Source of the DNA: Heterodontus francisci
Lineage: Eukaryota
Length of the DNA: 64,000 bases
Assembly (NCBI RefSeq): GCF_036365525.1
Contig: NC_090404.1
Location: forward strand, 6,634,001-6,698,000
Reading direction: 5' to 3'
Below, one piece after another: positions 48,890 through 60,340 of this stretch (within the stretch, counting starts at the first letter, position 1; the number at the start of each line of letters is the position of its first letter). The position numbers and the translations under genes were made by a program. The notes below the pieces were generated by a model. That model had not been told where the DNA came from. It worked only from the letters and a program-made list of their open reading frames with translations, and made no database searches.

Positions 48890-51305
48890 AGCCAAATACC
48901 GCCCCATCAGTCCAATCACGATCATCAGCAATCTGAGGAAGGTATCATTGACAATGCTATCATGTGGCAGTTACTCAGCAATAACCTGCTCACCGATGCT
49001 CAGTTTGGGACACTCAGTTACAGACCTCATTACAGCCTTGGTTTAAACGTGGACAAACAGATGACTTCCAGACGTCAAGTGAGAATGGCTGCCTTTGACC
49101 TCAAGGCTGCATTTGACCGTGTATGGCATCAAGGAGCCCTCGCAAAATTGAAGTCCATGTGAATCGGGGAAATACTCTCCACTGGTTGGAGTCATACCTA
49201 GCATAAAGAAAGATGGTGGCTGTTGTTGAAGGGTAATCATCTAACCCCTAAGACATTGCTGCAGGAGTTCCTCAGGGTAGTGCTTTCGGCCCAACAATCT
49301 TTAGCTACTTCATCAATGACCATCCATCCATTATTAGGTCAGAGTATGAATGTTTTCTGGTGATTGCACAGTGGTCTGTACAATTCGAAACTTCTCAGAT
49401 ACTGAAGCAGTCCATGCCCGCAAGAGCTGGACAACATTCAGGCTTGGACTGATAAGTGCAAGTAAACTTCACACTATGTAATTTACAAGTAATGACCATC
49501 CCCAACAAAAGAGTATCTAATCACATCCGCTTGAGGTTCAAATGCATTGCCTACACTGAATTCCCCACCATCAACAACCTGGGGTTTCCATGTTCCAGAA
49601 ACTGAAGTGGACCTGCCATATAAATATAGTGGCAGCTCGAGCAGGTCAGAGGCTGGGAGCTCTGTTGCCAGAAACTCACATCCTTACTCCCCAAAACCTT
49701 TCCATCATCTATGAGGAACAAGTCAGCAGTGTGATGAAATACTGTTCGCTTGCCTGGGGAAGTGTAGCTCCAACAACACTCAAGAAGTTTGATGCTACAA
49801 GGACAAAGCAGCCAGCTTGATTGGCAATCCATCCCCCACCTTCAAAATTCACTCCCTCCATTACAAATGCGCAGTGACAGCAGTGTGTCTCATCTACAAG
49901 GTGCACTACATCAACTCACAAAGGCTCCTTCTACAGCACCTTCCAGACCAGCGACCTCGACCCACTAGAAGAACAAGGGCAACCGATGTATCGGAAAAAC
50001 ACTACCTGCAGGTTCCTCTCAAAGGCCACACACCATCCTGACTTGGAACCATATCACCGTTCCTTCAGTTTTGCTCAGTCAGAAACCTAGTACTCCCTCC
50101 CTAACAGCATTGTGGGTATACCTATATCACACGGCTACAGCAGTTCATGAAGTGGCGCACCGCAAACTTCTCAAGTAGAATTAGGGATGGGCAGCCAATG
50201 TTGGCCTTGCCACAGACTCCCACATCAGATGAAAGAATACAAAAAACAGACTGCGGTGCCTATTGAGCGGAGATTCTCTGAGTAGATCTGAGTCCAAAAC
50301 CATAACATCACAGGAGGTGGTGACCGCTCATTAATCAAAGACGATTGAACCAAAGAAACTCTACTGGTGCCCGTGGAAATAGGAGGACAATAAATTTTCA
50401 TAATAGAAAGGGGGACGCTTTTATATATGTTTTGCCTTTCCCGGCCTCAGTACGTCCAGTGGTGCCTTACAGCCAAGGAAATACTTTTCAGGTGTAGTCG
50501 CAGTTTCAATGCAGGAAATATTATTTTCATTGTCTGACAAAACGTTTTGTCAATCTGACACTTGTGGAGAAACAAAGGGATTGGGAGTCCAGGTACTTTC
50601 CAGATAATTCCAATTTATCATCAGCAAATAAGCATCATCCGGTCACAAAACAATCGATAAAATTCTTTGCATGTCTGTCTGTTTATGACACAGTGAAGTG
50701 CCATTTTGAAAAGAAGAATTGTTACCTTATTCATCAGACTGTACAGTGACATTAGATTAATGAAAAGACTGACTCCAAAAGTTCACTGCCTGAGTCAACC
50801 ATGCCATAATACCTGTAATTTACCCTTGCTGTCAATGCACCACCTTGTGCGGTGTTAATTGCATAAATTATTTGGACTTCACATTAATAATTGCAAAAAT
50901 TCATCTGAAGAACGGTCACTGACCTGAAACGTTAACTCTGCTTCTCCCTGCACAGATGCTGTCAGACCTGCTGAGTATTTCCAGCATTTCTTGTTTTAAT
51001 TTAAGGTCTGTGAAATATTTGGATCCACAATTCATCAGCGAAACTGCTGCATGATCATGCTGACCTATTATTATGCTAGAATATTAGAGTTGTCATTGTT
51101 TTATTTGTATGATTGCTGTAACTGCAGTCATTTTATTGTTTTACTGTAGCTACCGATGCTATTTTCCATTAATTCTGAGATTTTTTTTGTCTCAGTTTTC
51201 TCGCAGGCCCATGTCACTAGCATATTGTATATTAATTTACATAAATTAGTTGGACTTCACATTAATAATTCCACAATTCATCTGATTAGACTTTTAATTT
51301 TGTAG
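48890..51305 (+). repeat. Segmental duplication copy B (includes L2/CR1-group LINE 48890-50245)
   Basis: Colinear with 43290-46075; carries its own Penelope-like insertion at ~50904-51000. Confidence 0.88.
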
Positions 51306-52057
51306 GAGTGAATACTGATAGTGATCCAGCGATAGTGAAGGAACGGCGATATAGTTTCAAGTCAGGCTGGTGTGTGGCTTGGAGAGGAACTTGCAATTGC
51401 TGGTGTTCCCATGTGTCTGCTGAACCTGTCCTTCCACGTGGAAGAGGTTGCGGGTTTGAAATTGCTGTCTGAGGAGCCGTGGTGTGTTGCTGCAGCGCAT
51501 CTTGTAGATAGTAGACACCTTTGGCTTTCTGAATTAAAGTGTATAATACGAATACCAGCAATAATGGTGGGATATTTTAAATGTAATTGGTGCCATTTTA
51601 AACTTGTCTCTGAGCTGCGGTTCGTATCTTAACTGTTAGGAAGAATGGAACACCAATGAAACACAGTTCTTTTCTTTACTTTGTGTGGGGAACTCGTTCA
51701 AATGAGATTCTGAGATAAGTTAGATTTTCTAAACTCTGCAATTTCACGGAACACCGAAAAGAGTGGCAGAGCGAATGACAGGAACAGACAGACACCGAGA
51801 CAGAGACACGTACACCAAGAAAGTTAGAAAGTGAAAGAGAAAAGATCAGTGAAAATAATTTTCTACAGTTGTCATTGATTGGAGCCCAACTATCATCAGT
51901 TCTGACAGACCAGCCAATCGTATCCCTGGGAATCACCCCTCAGTTTCCTGTTAAGTGAAGCCAGTCCTGAACTGAGTTTACACTTTAATATCAGACTGGA
52001 AAGGTCAACATATTTTGAACATTCTTTTATTTTCTGTGAAACTCTAAACCTGACACA

Positions 52058-52362
52058 ACTTACTTCCTATATTCCTTATTGATAATAATGCTCTTGCTGC
52101 CCGGTGAATCTATAGTTAAATGGTCAGTGTATGTTTCGAGGATTATGTTTACTGCCTGAATTTTGGAACATTCTATATTTGTGTTACAGGAACAGGTGGC
52201 AGAGATTCAGGATCTGTCTGAATTAATGTTTCGGGAAGGTCAGAGCACAATACTGAACTGCAGTTACTCGACAACCTACACTCCCTAAATTCTGAATGGT
52301 GCATCCAGTAACTCAGGGAAGCTCCGAGATATTTACAGAAGATTTGTGGCACGGAGAGTAAA
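52058..52362 (+). pseudogene. Decayed TCR Valpha-like pseudogene (leader 52058-52103, 5' half of V exon from 52190), cut by a CR1 insertion
   Basis: 46-nt leader (T)YFLYSLLIIMLLLP G|GTGAAT with the ATG lost, 86-nt intron ending gttacAG. Fragments GTGGRDS / DLSELMFREGQSTILNCSYSTTYTP* / WCIQ*LREAPRYLQK. Confidence 0.75.
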
Positions 52363-54710
52363 TTGCTGAGTAAATTTGGCCTATATTCTCTGGAGTTTAG
52401 AAGAATGAGAAGCGATCTAATTGAAACATAGGATTCTGAAAGGGTTTGATAAGGTAGAAGCTGAGAAATTGTTCCCACTGGTCGGGGAATCTAAAACGCG
52501 GGGGCACAGGTAGGAGGTGCGAGTTGGCTCTGATGGATTGGGAAACGTTACTTAAAGGGATGACGGTGGATTGGCAATGGCAAACATTCAAAGAGCGCAT
52601 GGATGAACTGCAACAATTGTTTATTCCTGTCTGGCGCAAAAGTAAAACGGGAAAGGTAGCCAAACCATGGCTTACAAGGGAAATTAGAGATAACATTAGA
52701 TCCAAGGAAGAGGCATACAAATTCGCCAGGAAAAATAACAGACCTGAGGATTGGGAGCAGTTTAGAATTCGGCAAAGGAGGACCAAGGGATTAATTAAGA
52801 AGGGGAAAATAGAGTACGAGAGTAAGCTTGCAGGAAACATAAAAACTGACTGTAAAGGTTTCTATAGATATGTGAAGAGAAAAAGATTGGAGAAGACCAA
52901 TGTAGTCCCCTTACGGTCAGATACAGGGAAATTTATAATGGGGAGCAAATAATAGGCTGACAAACAAAATGATTACTTTGACTCTCTCTTCACAAAGGAG
53001 GAGACAAATATCATACCAAAAATGTTGGGAAACACAGGGCTCAGTGAGAGAGAGGAACTGAAGAAAATCAGTATTAGTAGAGAAATGGTGTTGGGGAAAC
53101 TGATGGGATTGAAGGCCGATAAATCCCCTGGGCCTGATAATCTACATCCCAGAGTACGTAAGGAAGTGGCCCTAGAAATAATGGATGCATTGGTGGTCAT
53201 CTTACAAGATTCGATAGACTCTGGAACAGTTCCTACAGATTGGAGGGTAGCTAATGTAACCCCACTATTTAAAAAGGAGGTAGAGAAATTAAAACAGGGA
53301 ATTATGGACCAGTCAGCCTGACGTCGGTAGTGGGGAAAATTCTAGAGTCCATTATCAAAGATTTTATAGCAGAGCACTTGGAGAACAGTGGTAGAATCGG
53401 GCAGAATCAGCATGGATTCACGAAAGGGAAATTTTATTGGGAAATAGCTTGACAAATCTACTAGAACACTTCGAGGATGTAACTCGTAGAATTGATGAGG
53501 GGGAGCCAGTGGATGTGATGGATTTGGACTTACAGAAGGCTTTCGACAAAGTCCCACATAAGAGATTACCGTGTAAAATTAAAGCGCACGGGATTGGGGG
53601 TAGTGTTTTGCGATGGAAAGAAAATTGGTTGGCAGACAGGAAACAAAGAGTAGGAATAACTGGGTCTTTTACGGAATGGCAGGCAGTGACTAGTGGGATA
53701 CCGCAGGGATCCCAGCTATTCACAATATGTATTAATGATTTAGATGAGTGAACTAAATGTAATATCTCCAAATTTGCAGATGACACAAATCTGGGTGGGA
53801 GGGTGGGTTGTGAAGAGGATGCAGAGAGGTTTCAGGGTGATTTGGACAAGTTGAGCGAGTGGACAAATGCATGGCAGATGCAGTATAATGTGGATAAATG
53901 TGAGGTTATCCACTTTGTTAGCAAAAGCTGGAAGGCAGATTATTATCTGAACGGCTATAAACTGAGAAAGGGGAATAGGCAACGAGACCTGGGTGTTCTC
54001 GTACACCAGTCGCTGAAGGTAAGCATGCAGGTGCAACAGGCGGTAAAAAAAAAAGTCAAATGTTATGTTGGCCTTCGTAGCGAGAGGAGTCGAGTACAGG
54101 AGCAGGGATGTCTTGCTGCAACTATACAGGGCCTTGGTGAGGCCACCCCTGGAATATTGTGCGCAGTTTTGGGCTCCTTATCTGAGGAAGGATGTTCTTG
54201 CTAAAGAGGGAGTGCAGCGAAGGTTTACCAGACTGATTCCTGGGATAGCGGGACTGACGTATGAGAAGAGATTGAGTCTGTTAGGATTATATTCGCTGGA
54301 GTTCAGAAGAGTGAGGGGGGATCTCATAGAAACCTATAAATTTCTAACAGGACTTGACAGGCTAGATGCAGGCAGGATGTTCCCGATGACGGGGAGTCCA
54401 GAAGTAGGGGTCATAGTCTAAGGATACGGGGAAAACCTTTCAGGACTGAGATGAGGAGAAATGTCTTCACCCAGAGAGTGGTGAGCCTGTGGAATTCGCT
54501 ACCATAGAAAGCAGTTGAGGCCAAAACATTGTATGTTTTCAAGAAGGAGTTGGATATAGCTCTTGGGAGGAAAGGGATCAAAGGATATTGGGGAGAAAAC
54601 GGGAACAGGTTATTGAGTTGGATGATCAGCCAGGATCAAAAAGAATGGCAGAGCAGGCTGGAAGGGCTGCATGCCCTACTCCTGTTCCTACTTCTTATAT
54701 TTCTATGTAA
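52363..54710 (+). mobile_element. Decayed CR1 LINE(s)
   Basis: 'KPWLTREIR', 'KSPGPDNLHPRV', 'DLQKAFDKVPH', 'EGVQRRFTRLIPG'; many stops; CR1 3' end at ~54700. Confidence 0.92.
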
Positions 54711-54970
54711 TAGACACGATATTTGCTTATTTTACACTAGACAGTGCCTCAATAAGTACTGAACGAGGCCATGTCCCTGTTTATATTACACTCGGCCCTG
54801 TCTTAGTTATAACTACACTCCACCACGTATCTGTTTATATTACATTAGACCTTGTCTCTGTTTATTTTAGACTAGACCATGTCACTGTTTATATTACACA
54901 GGACTCAGTCTATGTTTATATCACACTAGACCACGACTCTCTTTATGGTACACTGGACCCTGTCTCTTTA
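54710..54970 (+). repeat. 27-bp-unit minisatellite (VYITLDHVS periodicity)
   Basis: Same family as 4981-5625; also present at ~60870-61130 and at the edges of the 49-bp array. Confidence 0.75.
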
Positions 54971-55251
54971 CATCGTGCTGGATCTTTTTGCCTGTGGAGG
55001 TTCGTGAGGCTCCCCTCTGTGGATCTGCCCTATCCTGGTCAGATCTCAATGATTGAAGAGCTGGGCAAATTTCTGAGCAGATGAATGAATGAGGCACCCC
55101 AAGGTGCATCAGCTCAGTGTCTGTCTGTTCTCAATAGTTAAAGATTTGATCAACAGCGATGTGCAGCTGAGTAACTCCCTCCATGGATTCGCCCTGTGCC
55201 TGTCTGCACACTTTGCGAGAACTGCAAAATGAGGAACATAGATAAAGGTGA

Positions 55252-55457
55252 AATAAAAACAGGAAATGCTGGAAATACTCAGCAGGTCAGGCAGCATCTG
55301 TGGACAGAGATGCAGAGTTAACGTTTACGGCCTGTGACCTTTCATCCGAACTGAAACTCTGCTTCTCTCTCCACAGATACTGCCAGACCTGCTGAGTATT
55401 TCAGTACTTTCTGTTTTTATTTCAGATCTCCAGTATCTGCAGTATTTTGCTTTTGTT
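55252..55457. mobile_element. Palindromic Penelope-like terminal-repeat element
   Basis: Inverted arms ('ctcagcaggtcaggcagcatctgtgga' / 'tccacagatactgccagacctgctgag'); 14-bp TSD atagataaaggtga at 55238-55251 and 55458-55471. Confidence 0.65.
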
Positions 55458-55471
55458 ATAGATAAAGGTGA

Positions 55472-55720
55472 GACAGAGTACAGTGATACAGAGAGACACC
55501 AACAGAAGGAGATAAATAAAGATGTTACTGAGTGCAGTGATAGAGAGCTACGTCAACAGAGGAAGATAGAACAAGTTGTGACTGAGTACAGTGATACAGA
55601 GAAACACTAATAGAGGGAGATAAAGGTCAGACTGAGTACAGTGAGTTATACATAAGGAAATAATGAAAGGTGAGATTGAGTACAGTGAATGATTCAGAGA
55701 GACAACAGGAGAAGGATATT
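55472..55720 (+). repeat. Degenerate ~50-55-bp tandem repeat (gactgagtacagtgatacagagag...)
   Basis: About 5 recurrences of 'gagtacagtga'. Confidence 0.6.
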
Positions 55721-56170
55721 GAATCATGTGTATAGATTCATGTGTATATTAATCAATACAAAGGCACAAAGTGAACAGTTTAATAGGGGTTTCACTGCCA
55801 CAATGTGCAGCGCGCTGTTAGATTTTCAAACACACATCCAGAGGAAACCAAATTAACCTCGTATCAAACTGTCACCCAATTGTTTCCAGGACCGGCTGAG
55901 AAAACAAACTGCATAATTCAAACAGACAGAAAAATTGATCAAAGAATGCATCCGCGGTTGAACTGCTCTTCCAGCACCTGATCAACTTTATCCTCCAAAC
56001 GTTGCAGTTCTATGTTCGGATCAGCTCCGAGAAAATGTTTGCTGACACAGCAACTTGATACTGATCATAGAACATAGAACATAGAACATACAGCACAGAA
56101 CAGGCCCTTCGGCCCACAATGTTGTGCCGATCCTTTGTCCTCTGTCAAGGACAATTTAATCTATACCCCA

Positions 56171-58981
56171 TCATTCTCCTTTATCCATATACCTATCCAA
56201 AAGCCTTTTGAAAGTCCCTAAAGTTTCTGACTCAACAACTTCCCCGGGCAAGGCATTCCATGCCTCGACCACTCTCTGGGTAAAGAACCTTCCCCTGACA
56301 TCCCCCTTATATCTCCCACCCTTCACCTTAAATTTATGACCCCTTGTAACGCTTTGCTCCACCCGGGGAAAAAGTTTCTGACTGTCTACCCTATCTATTC
56401 CCCTGATCATCTTATAAACCTCTATCATGTCACCCCTCATCCTTCTCCGTTCTAATGAGAAGAGGCCTAGAATGTTCAGCCTTTCCTCGTAAGACTTATT
56501 CTCCATTCCAGGCAACATCCTGGTAAATCTCCTCTGCACCCTCTCCAAGGCTTCCACATCCTTCCTAAAATGAGGCGACCAGAACTGCACACAGTACTCC
56601 AAATGAGGCCTTACCAAGGTCCTGTACAGCTGCATCATCACCTCACGGCTCTTAAATTCAATCCCTCTGCTAATGAACGCTAACACCCCATATGCCTTCT
56701 TCACAGCCCTATCCACTTGAGTTGCAACTTTCAATGATCTATGCACATAGACCCCAAGGTCTCTCTGCTCCTCCACATGCCCAAGAACCCTACCGTTAAC
56801 CCAGTATTTTGCATTCATGTTTGTCCTTCCAAAATGGACGACCTCACACTTTTCAGGGTTAAACTCCATCTGCCACTTTTCAGCCCAGCACTGCAACCTA
56901 TCCAAGTCCCTTTGCAGACGACAATAGCCCTCCTCGGTATCCACAACTCCACCAACCTTTGTATCATCTGCAAATTTACTGACCCACCCTTCGACTTCCT
57001 CATCCAAGTCGTTAATAAAAATCACAAACAGGAGAGGACCCAGAACTGATCCCTGCGGCACGCCACTGGTAACTGGGCTCCAGGCTGAGTATTTACCATC
57101 TAAGACCACTCTCTGCCTTCTATCAGTTAGCCAATTCTTAATCCAACTGGCCACATTCCCCACTATCCCATGCCTCCTGACTTTCTCCATAAGTCTACCA
57201 TGGGGGACCTTATCAAATGCCTTACTAAAATCCATGTACACCACATCCACTGGTTTACCCTCATCCACTTGCTTGGTCACCTGCTCAAAGAATTCAATCA
57301 GGCTTGTGAGGCAAGACCTACCCCTCACAAAACCGTGCTGACTGTCCCGAATCAAGCAGTGTCTTTCCAGATGCTCAGAAATCCTATCCCTCAGCACCTT
57401 TTCCATCAACTTGCCTACCACCGAAGTAAGACTAACTGGCCTGTAATTCCCAGGGTTGTTCCTATTCCCTTTCTTGAACAGGGGCACAACATTTGCCACC
57501 CTCCAATCACCTGGTACCACCCCCGTCAGCAGAGAAGATGAAAAGATCATTGCCAGCGGCTCTGCAATTTCATCCCTTGCTTCCCATAACATCCTTGGAT
57601 ATACCCCGTCAGGCCCGGGAGACTTGTCTATCTTCAAGTTATTCAAAAACCCCAACACATCTTCCCTCCTAACGAGCACTTCCTCGAGCTTACCAGTCTG
57701 TTTCACACCGTCCTCTTCAGTAATACACCCCTTCTCATTCGTAAATACCGAAGAGAAGTACTCATTCAAAACCTCACTTATCTCTTCCGGCTCAACACAC
57801 AGTCTCCCGCTATTGTCCTTGACCGGACCTATGGTCCCCCTAGTCATCCTCATATTTCTGACATACGCGTAAAAGGCCTTGGGGTTTTCTTTTATCCTAC
57901 CCGCCAAGCATTTTTCATGCCCTCTCTTAGCTCTCCTAATCCCTTTCTTCAGATCCTTCCTGGCCATCTTGTATCCCTCCAGAGCTATGCCTGTGCCCTT
58001 TTTCCTCAACTTTATATACGCATCCTTCTTCTTCCTAACAAGACTCTCAACCTCTCTTGTCAACCACGGTTCCCTCACATGACCATCCCTTCCCTGTCTG
58101 ACAGGGACATGCTTATCAATGGCCCCTACTATCTGCTCCTTGAAAAAGTTCCACATTTCGACCGTGCCCTTCCCTGCCAGCATATGCTCCCAACTTATGC
58201 TCCTCAGTTCCTGCCTGACAGCATCATATCTACCCTTCCCCCAATTGTAAACCTTGCCCTGTTGCACATACCTATCCCTCTCCATTACCACAGTGAATGC
58301 TACAGAATTGTGATCACTATCTCCAAAGTGCTCGCCCACCAACAGCTCTAGCACTTGCCCTGGTTCATTACCTAGTACCAAATCCAATATTGCCTCCCCT
58401 CTGGTCGGGCAGTCTACATACTGAGTCAGAAAAGCTTCCTGGACATACTGCACAAACACTACCCCATCCAAACTATTCGATCTAAAGAGTTGCCAATCAA
58501 TATTTGGGAAGTTGAAATCCCCCATAATTACTACCCTGTGACTTCTGCTCCTTTCCAAAATCTGTTTCCCAATCTGCTCTTCCACCTCCCTGCTGCTATT
58601 GGGGGGCCTATAGAAAACTCCCATCAAGGTGACTGCTCCTTTCCTGTTCCTGACCTCAACCCACAGTGCCTCAGTCGGCAGATCCTCCTCGAAAATTCTT
58701 TCAGCAGTTGTTACACTATTTCTAACTAACAATGCCACCCCCCCACCTCTTTTACCACCATTCCTAATCTTATGAAAACATCTATAACCAGGTACCTCCA
58801 AAAACCATTCCTCCCCCTCACCTATCCACGTTTCAGTGATGGCCACAACATCGTAGTCCCAAGTGCCCATCCACGCCTTCAATTCACTCACCTTATTCCT
58901 GATGCTTCTTGCGTTGAAGTATACGCACTTTAACCCTTCTCCGTGCCCATCTGTCCTCTGTGACAGTGCTACCTTCCCCAA
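56171..58981 (-). CDS. CR1 ORF2: AP-endonuclease plus reverse transcriptase (936 aa)
   Basis: 'YFNARSIRNK', 'ITETW', 'GDFN', 'SDH', 'YRPVSLTS', 'DFSKAFDKVPH', 'GVPQGSVLGP', 'FADD'; no stops. Confidence 0.95.
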   Translation of the reverse strand: MGKVALSQRTDGHGEGLKCVYFNARSIRNKVSELKAWMGTWDYDVVAITETWIGEGEEWFLEVPGYRCFHKIRNGGKRGGGVALLVRNSVTTAERIFEEDLPTEALWVEVRNRKGAVTLMGVFYRPPNSSREVEEQIGKQILERSRSHRVVIMGDFNFPNIDWQLFRSNSLDGVVFVQYVQEAFLTQYVDCPTRGEAILDLVLGNEPGQVLELLVGEHFGDSDHNSVAFTVVMERDRYVQQGKVYNWGKGRYDAVRQELRSISWEHMLAGKGTVEMWNFFKEQIVGAIDKHVPVRQGRDGHVREPWLTREVESLVRKKKDAYIKLRKKGTGIALEGYKMARKDLKKGIRRAKRGHEKCLAGRIKENPKAFYAYVRNMRMTRGTIGPVKDNSGRLCVEPEEISEVLNEYFSSVFTNEKGCITEEDGVKQTGKLEEVLVRREDVLGFLNNLKIDKSPGPDGVYPRMLWEARDEIAEPLAMIFSSSLLTGVVPGDWRVANVVPLFKKGNRNNPGNYRPVSLTSVVGKLMEKVLRDRISEHLERHCLIRDSQHGFVRGRSCLTSLIEFFEQVTKQVDEGKPVDVVYMDFSKAFDKVPHGRLMEKVRRHGIVGNVASWIKNWLTDRRQRVVLDGKYSAWSPVTSGVPQGSVLGPLLFVIFINDLDEEVEGWVSKFADDTKVGGVVDTEEGYCRLQRDLDRLQCWAEKWQMEFNPEKCEVVHFGRTNMNAKYWVNGRVLGHVEEQRDLGVYVHRSLKVATQVDRAVKKAYGVLAFISRGIEFKSREVMMQLYRTLVRPHLEYCVQFWSPHFRKDVEALERVQRRFTRMLPGMENKSYEERLNILGLFSLERRRMRGDMIEVYKMIRGIDRVDSQKLFPRVEQSVTRGHKFKVKGGRYKGDVRGRFFTQRVVEAWNALPGEVVESETLGTFKRLLDRYMDKGE

Positions 58982-59061
58982 TACCTCACTACACTCTTTG
59001 TCTTTCTGAGTGGACCCACTGGTCCCTGGATTACAAGTCCGGTTCCCATCCCCCTCCCAAA

Positions 59062-59982
59062 CTAGTTTAAACCCTCCCGAACAGTACTAGCAAACCTCCC
59101 TCCCAGGATATTGGTGCCCCTCTGGTTCAGATGAAGCCCGTCCTGTTTGAACAGGTCCCATCTTCCCCAGAATGCAGTCCAATTATCCAAGAACTGGAAG
59201 CCCTCCCTCCTACACCATTCCTGCAGCCACGTGTTCTGCTGTGCTCTCTCCCTATTCCTAGCCTCACTATCACGTGGCGCCGGCAACAAACCAGAGATAA
59301 CAACTCTGTCCGTCCGAGCTTTCAGCTTCCAGCCTAACTCCCTAAACTCACTTCTAACATCTGTGCCACCCTTCCTTCCTACGTCGTTGGTGCCAATGTG
59401 CACCACGACCTCTGGCTGCTCCCCCTCCCCTTTAAGGATCCTGAAGACGCGATCACAAACATCACGGACCCTGGCACCAGGGAGGCAACAAACCATCCGT
59501 GCGTCTCGCCCGCGCCCACAGAACCGCCTGTCCGTACTCCTCACCATCGAGTCCCCGATGACTAGTGCTCTCCCATTCTCCCTCCTTCCCTTCTGAGCCA
59601 CAGTGCAGGACCCCGTGCCAGAGGCCCGGTCACTGCAGCCTGCCCCCGATAGGCCGTCCCCCCCAACAGTATCTAAAACTGTATACTTGTTGTTGAGGGG
59701 AACGACCACAGGAGATCCCTGCACTGACCTCTTCCCACCTCTAACTGTTACCCAGCTGCCTTTGATTTGTGGAGTAACGACCTCCGTGTAGCTTCTATCT
59801 ATCAACCCCTCAGCTTCCCGAATGATCCTCAGTTCATCCAGCTCCAGCTCCAATTCCCTAACACGGTCTGATAGGAGCTGGAGACGGATGCACTTCCAGC
59901 AGGTGAAGTCGGCAGGGCCACCGGAGGTTTCCCTCACCTCGAACATTCTGCAGGAGGAGCAAGACACTACACTGGCTGCCAT
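59062..59982 (-). CDS. CR1 ORF1 (CxxC..CxxC zinc finger, coiled coil, SGNH esterase-like; 306 aa)
   Basis: 'CSSCRMF...CWKC', 'VIGDSMVR', 'HIGTND', 'DGLHLN'. Confidence 0.93.
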   Translation of the reverse strand: MAASVVSCSSCRMFEVRETSGGPADFTCWKCIRLQLLSDRVRELELELDELRIIREAEGLIDRSYTEVVTPQIKGSWVTVRGGKRSVQGSPVVVPLNNKYTVLDTVGGDGLSGAGCSDRASGTGSCTVAQKGRRENGRALVIGDSMVRSTDRRFCGRGRDARMVCCLPGARVRDVCDRVFRILKGEGEQPEVVVHIGTNDVGRKGGTDVRSEFRELGWKLKARTDRVVISGLLPAPRDSEARNRERAQQNTWLQEWCRREGFQFLDNWTAFWGRWDLFKQDGLHLNQRGTNILGGRFASTVREGLN

Positions 59983-60012
59983 TTCTTTTATTCAATTACC
60001 CCTTAGTTAAGT

Positions 60013-60340
60013 ACAACAAATTATGAGGGGCATTGATCGGATAGATAGGAAGAAACTTTTTCCCTTAGCGGAGGGGTGAATAACCAGTGGGCACAGATTT
60101 AAGGTTAGGGGCAGGAGGATTAGAGGGGATTTGAAGAAAAAGGTTTTCACCCAGAGGATGGTTGGAATCTGGAACACACTGCCTGAAGGGGTGGTAGAGG
60201 CAGGAACCCTCTCAACATTTAAGAAGTATCTAGATGAGCACTGGATTGGAAATTGGATTCGAATCGATAGGTGCTTGATGGCCGGCACAGACACGAAGGG
60301 CTGAAGGGCCTTATTCTGTGCTGTATTACTCTATGACTCG
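60013..60340 (+). mobile_element. CR1 3' fragment
   Basis: Similar to 2175-2400, followed by a CR1 tail 'gggctgaagggccttattctgtgctgta'. Confidence 0.85.

Larger units (their letters stand above)
56067..60010 (-). mobile_element. Young near full-length CR1 LINE with intact ORF1 and ORF2
   Basis: (CATAGAA)n tail at 56067, two uninterrupted ORFs, very short residual 5' UTR. Confidence 0.96.

Noticed and set aside
55130-55230. 'LINSDVQLSNS' as the displaced FR3 of the 52.1-kb V pseudogene
   Set aside because: Only a short resemblance to 'LTISDVQLSDS'; no clear YYC or RSS. It needs an alignment to support it.
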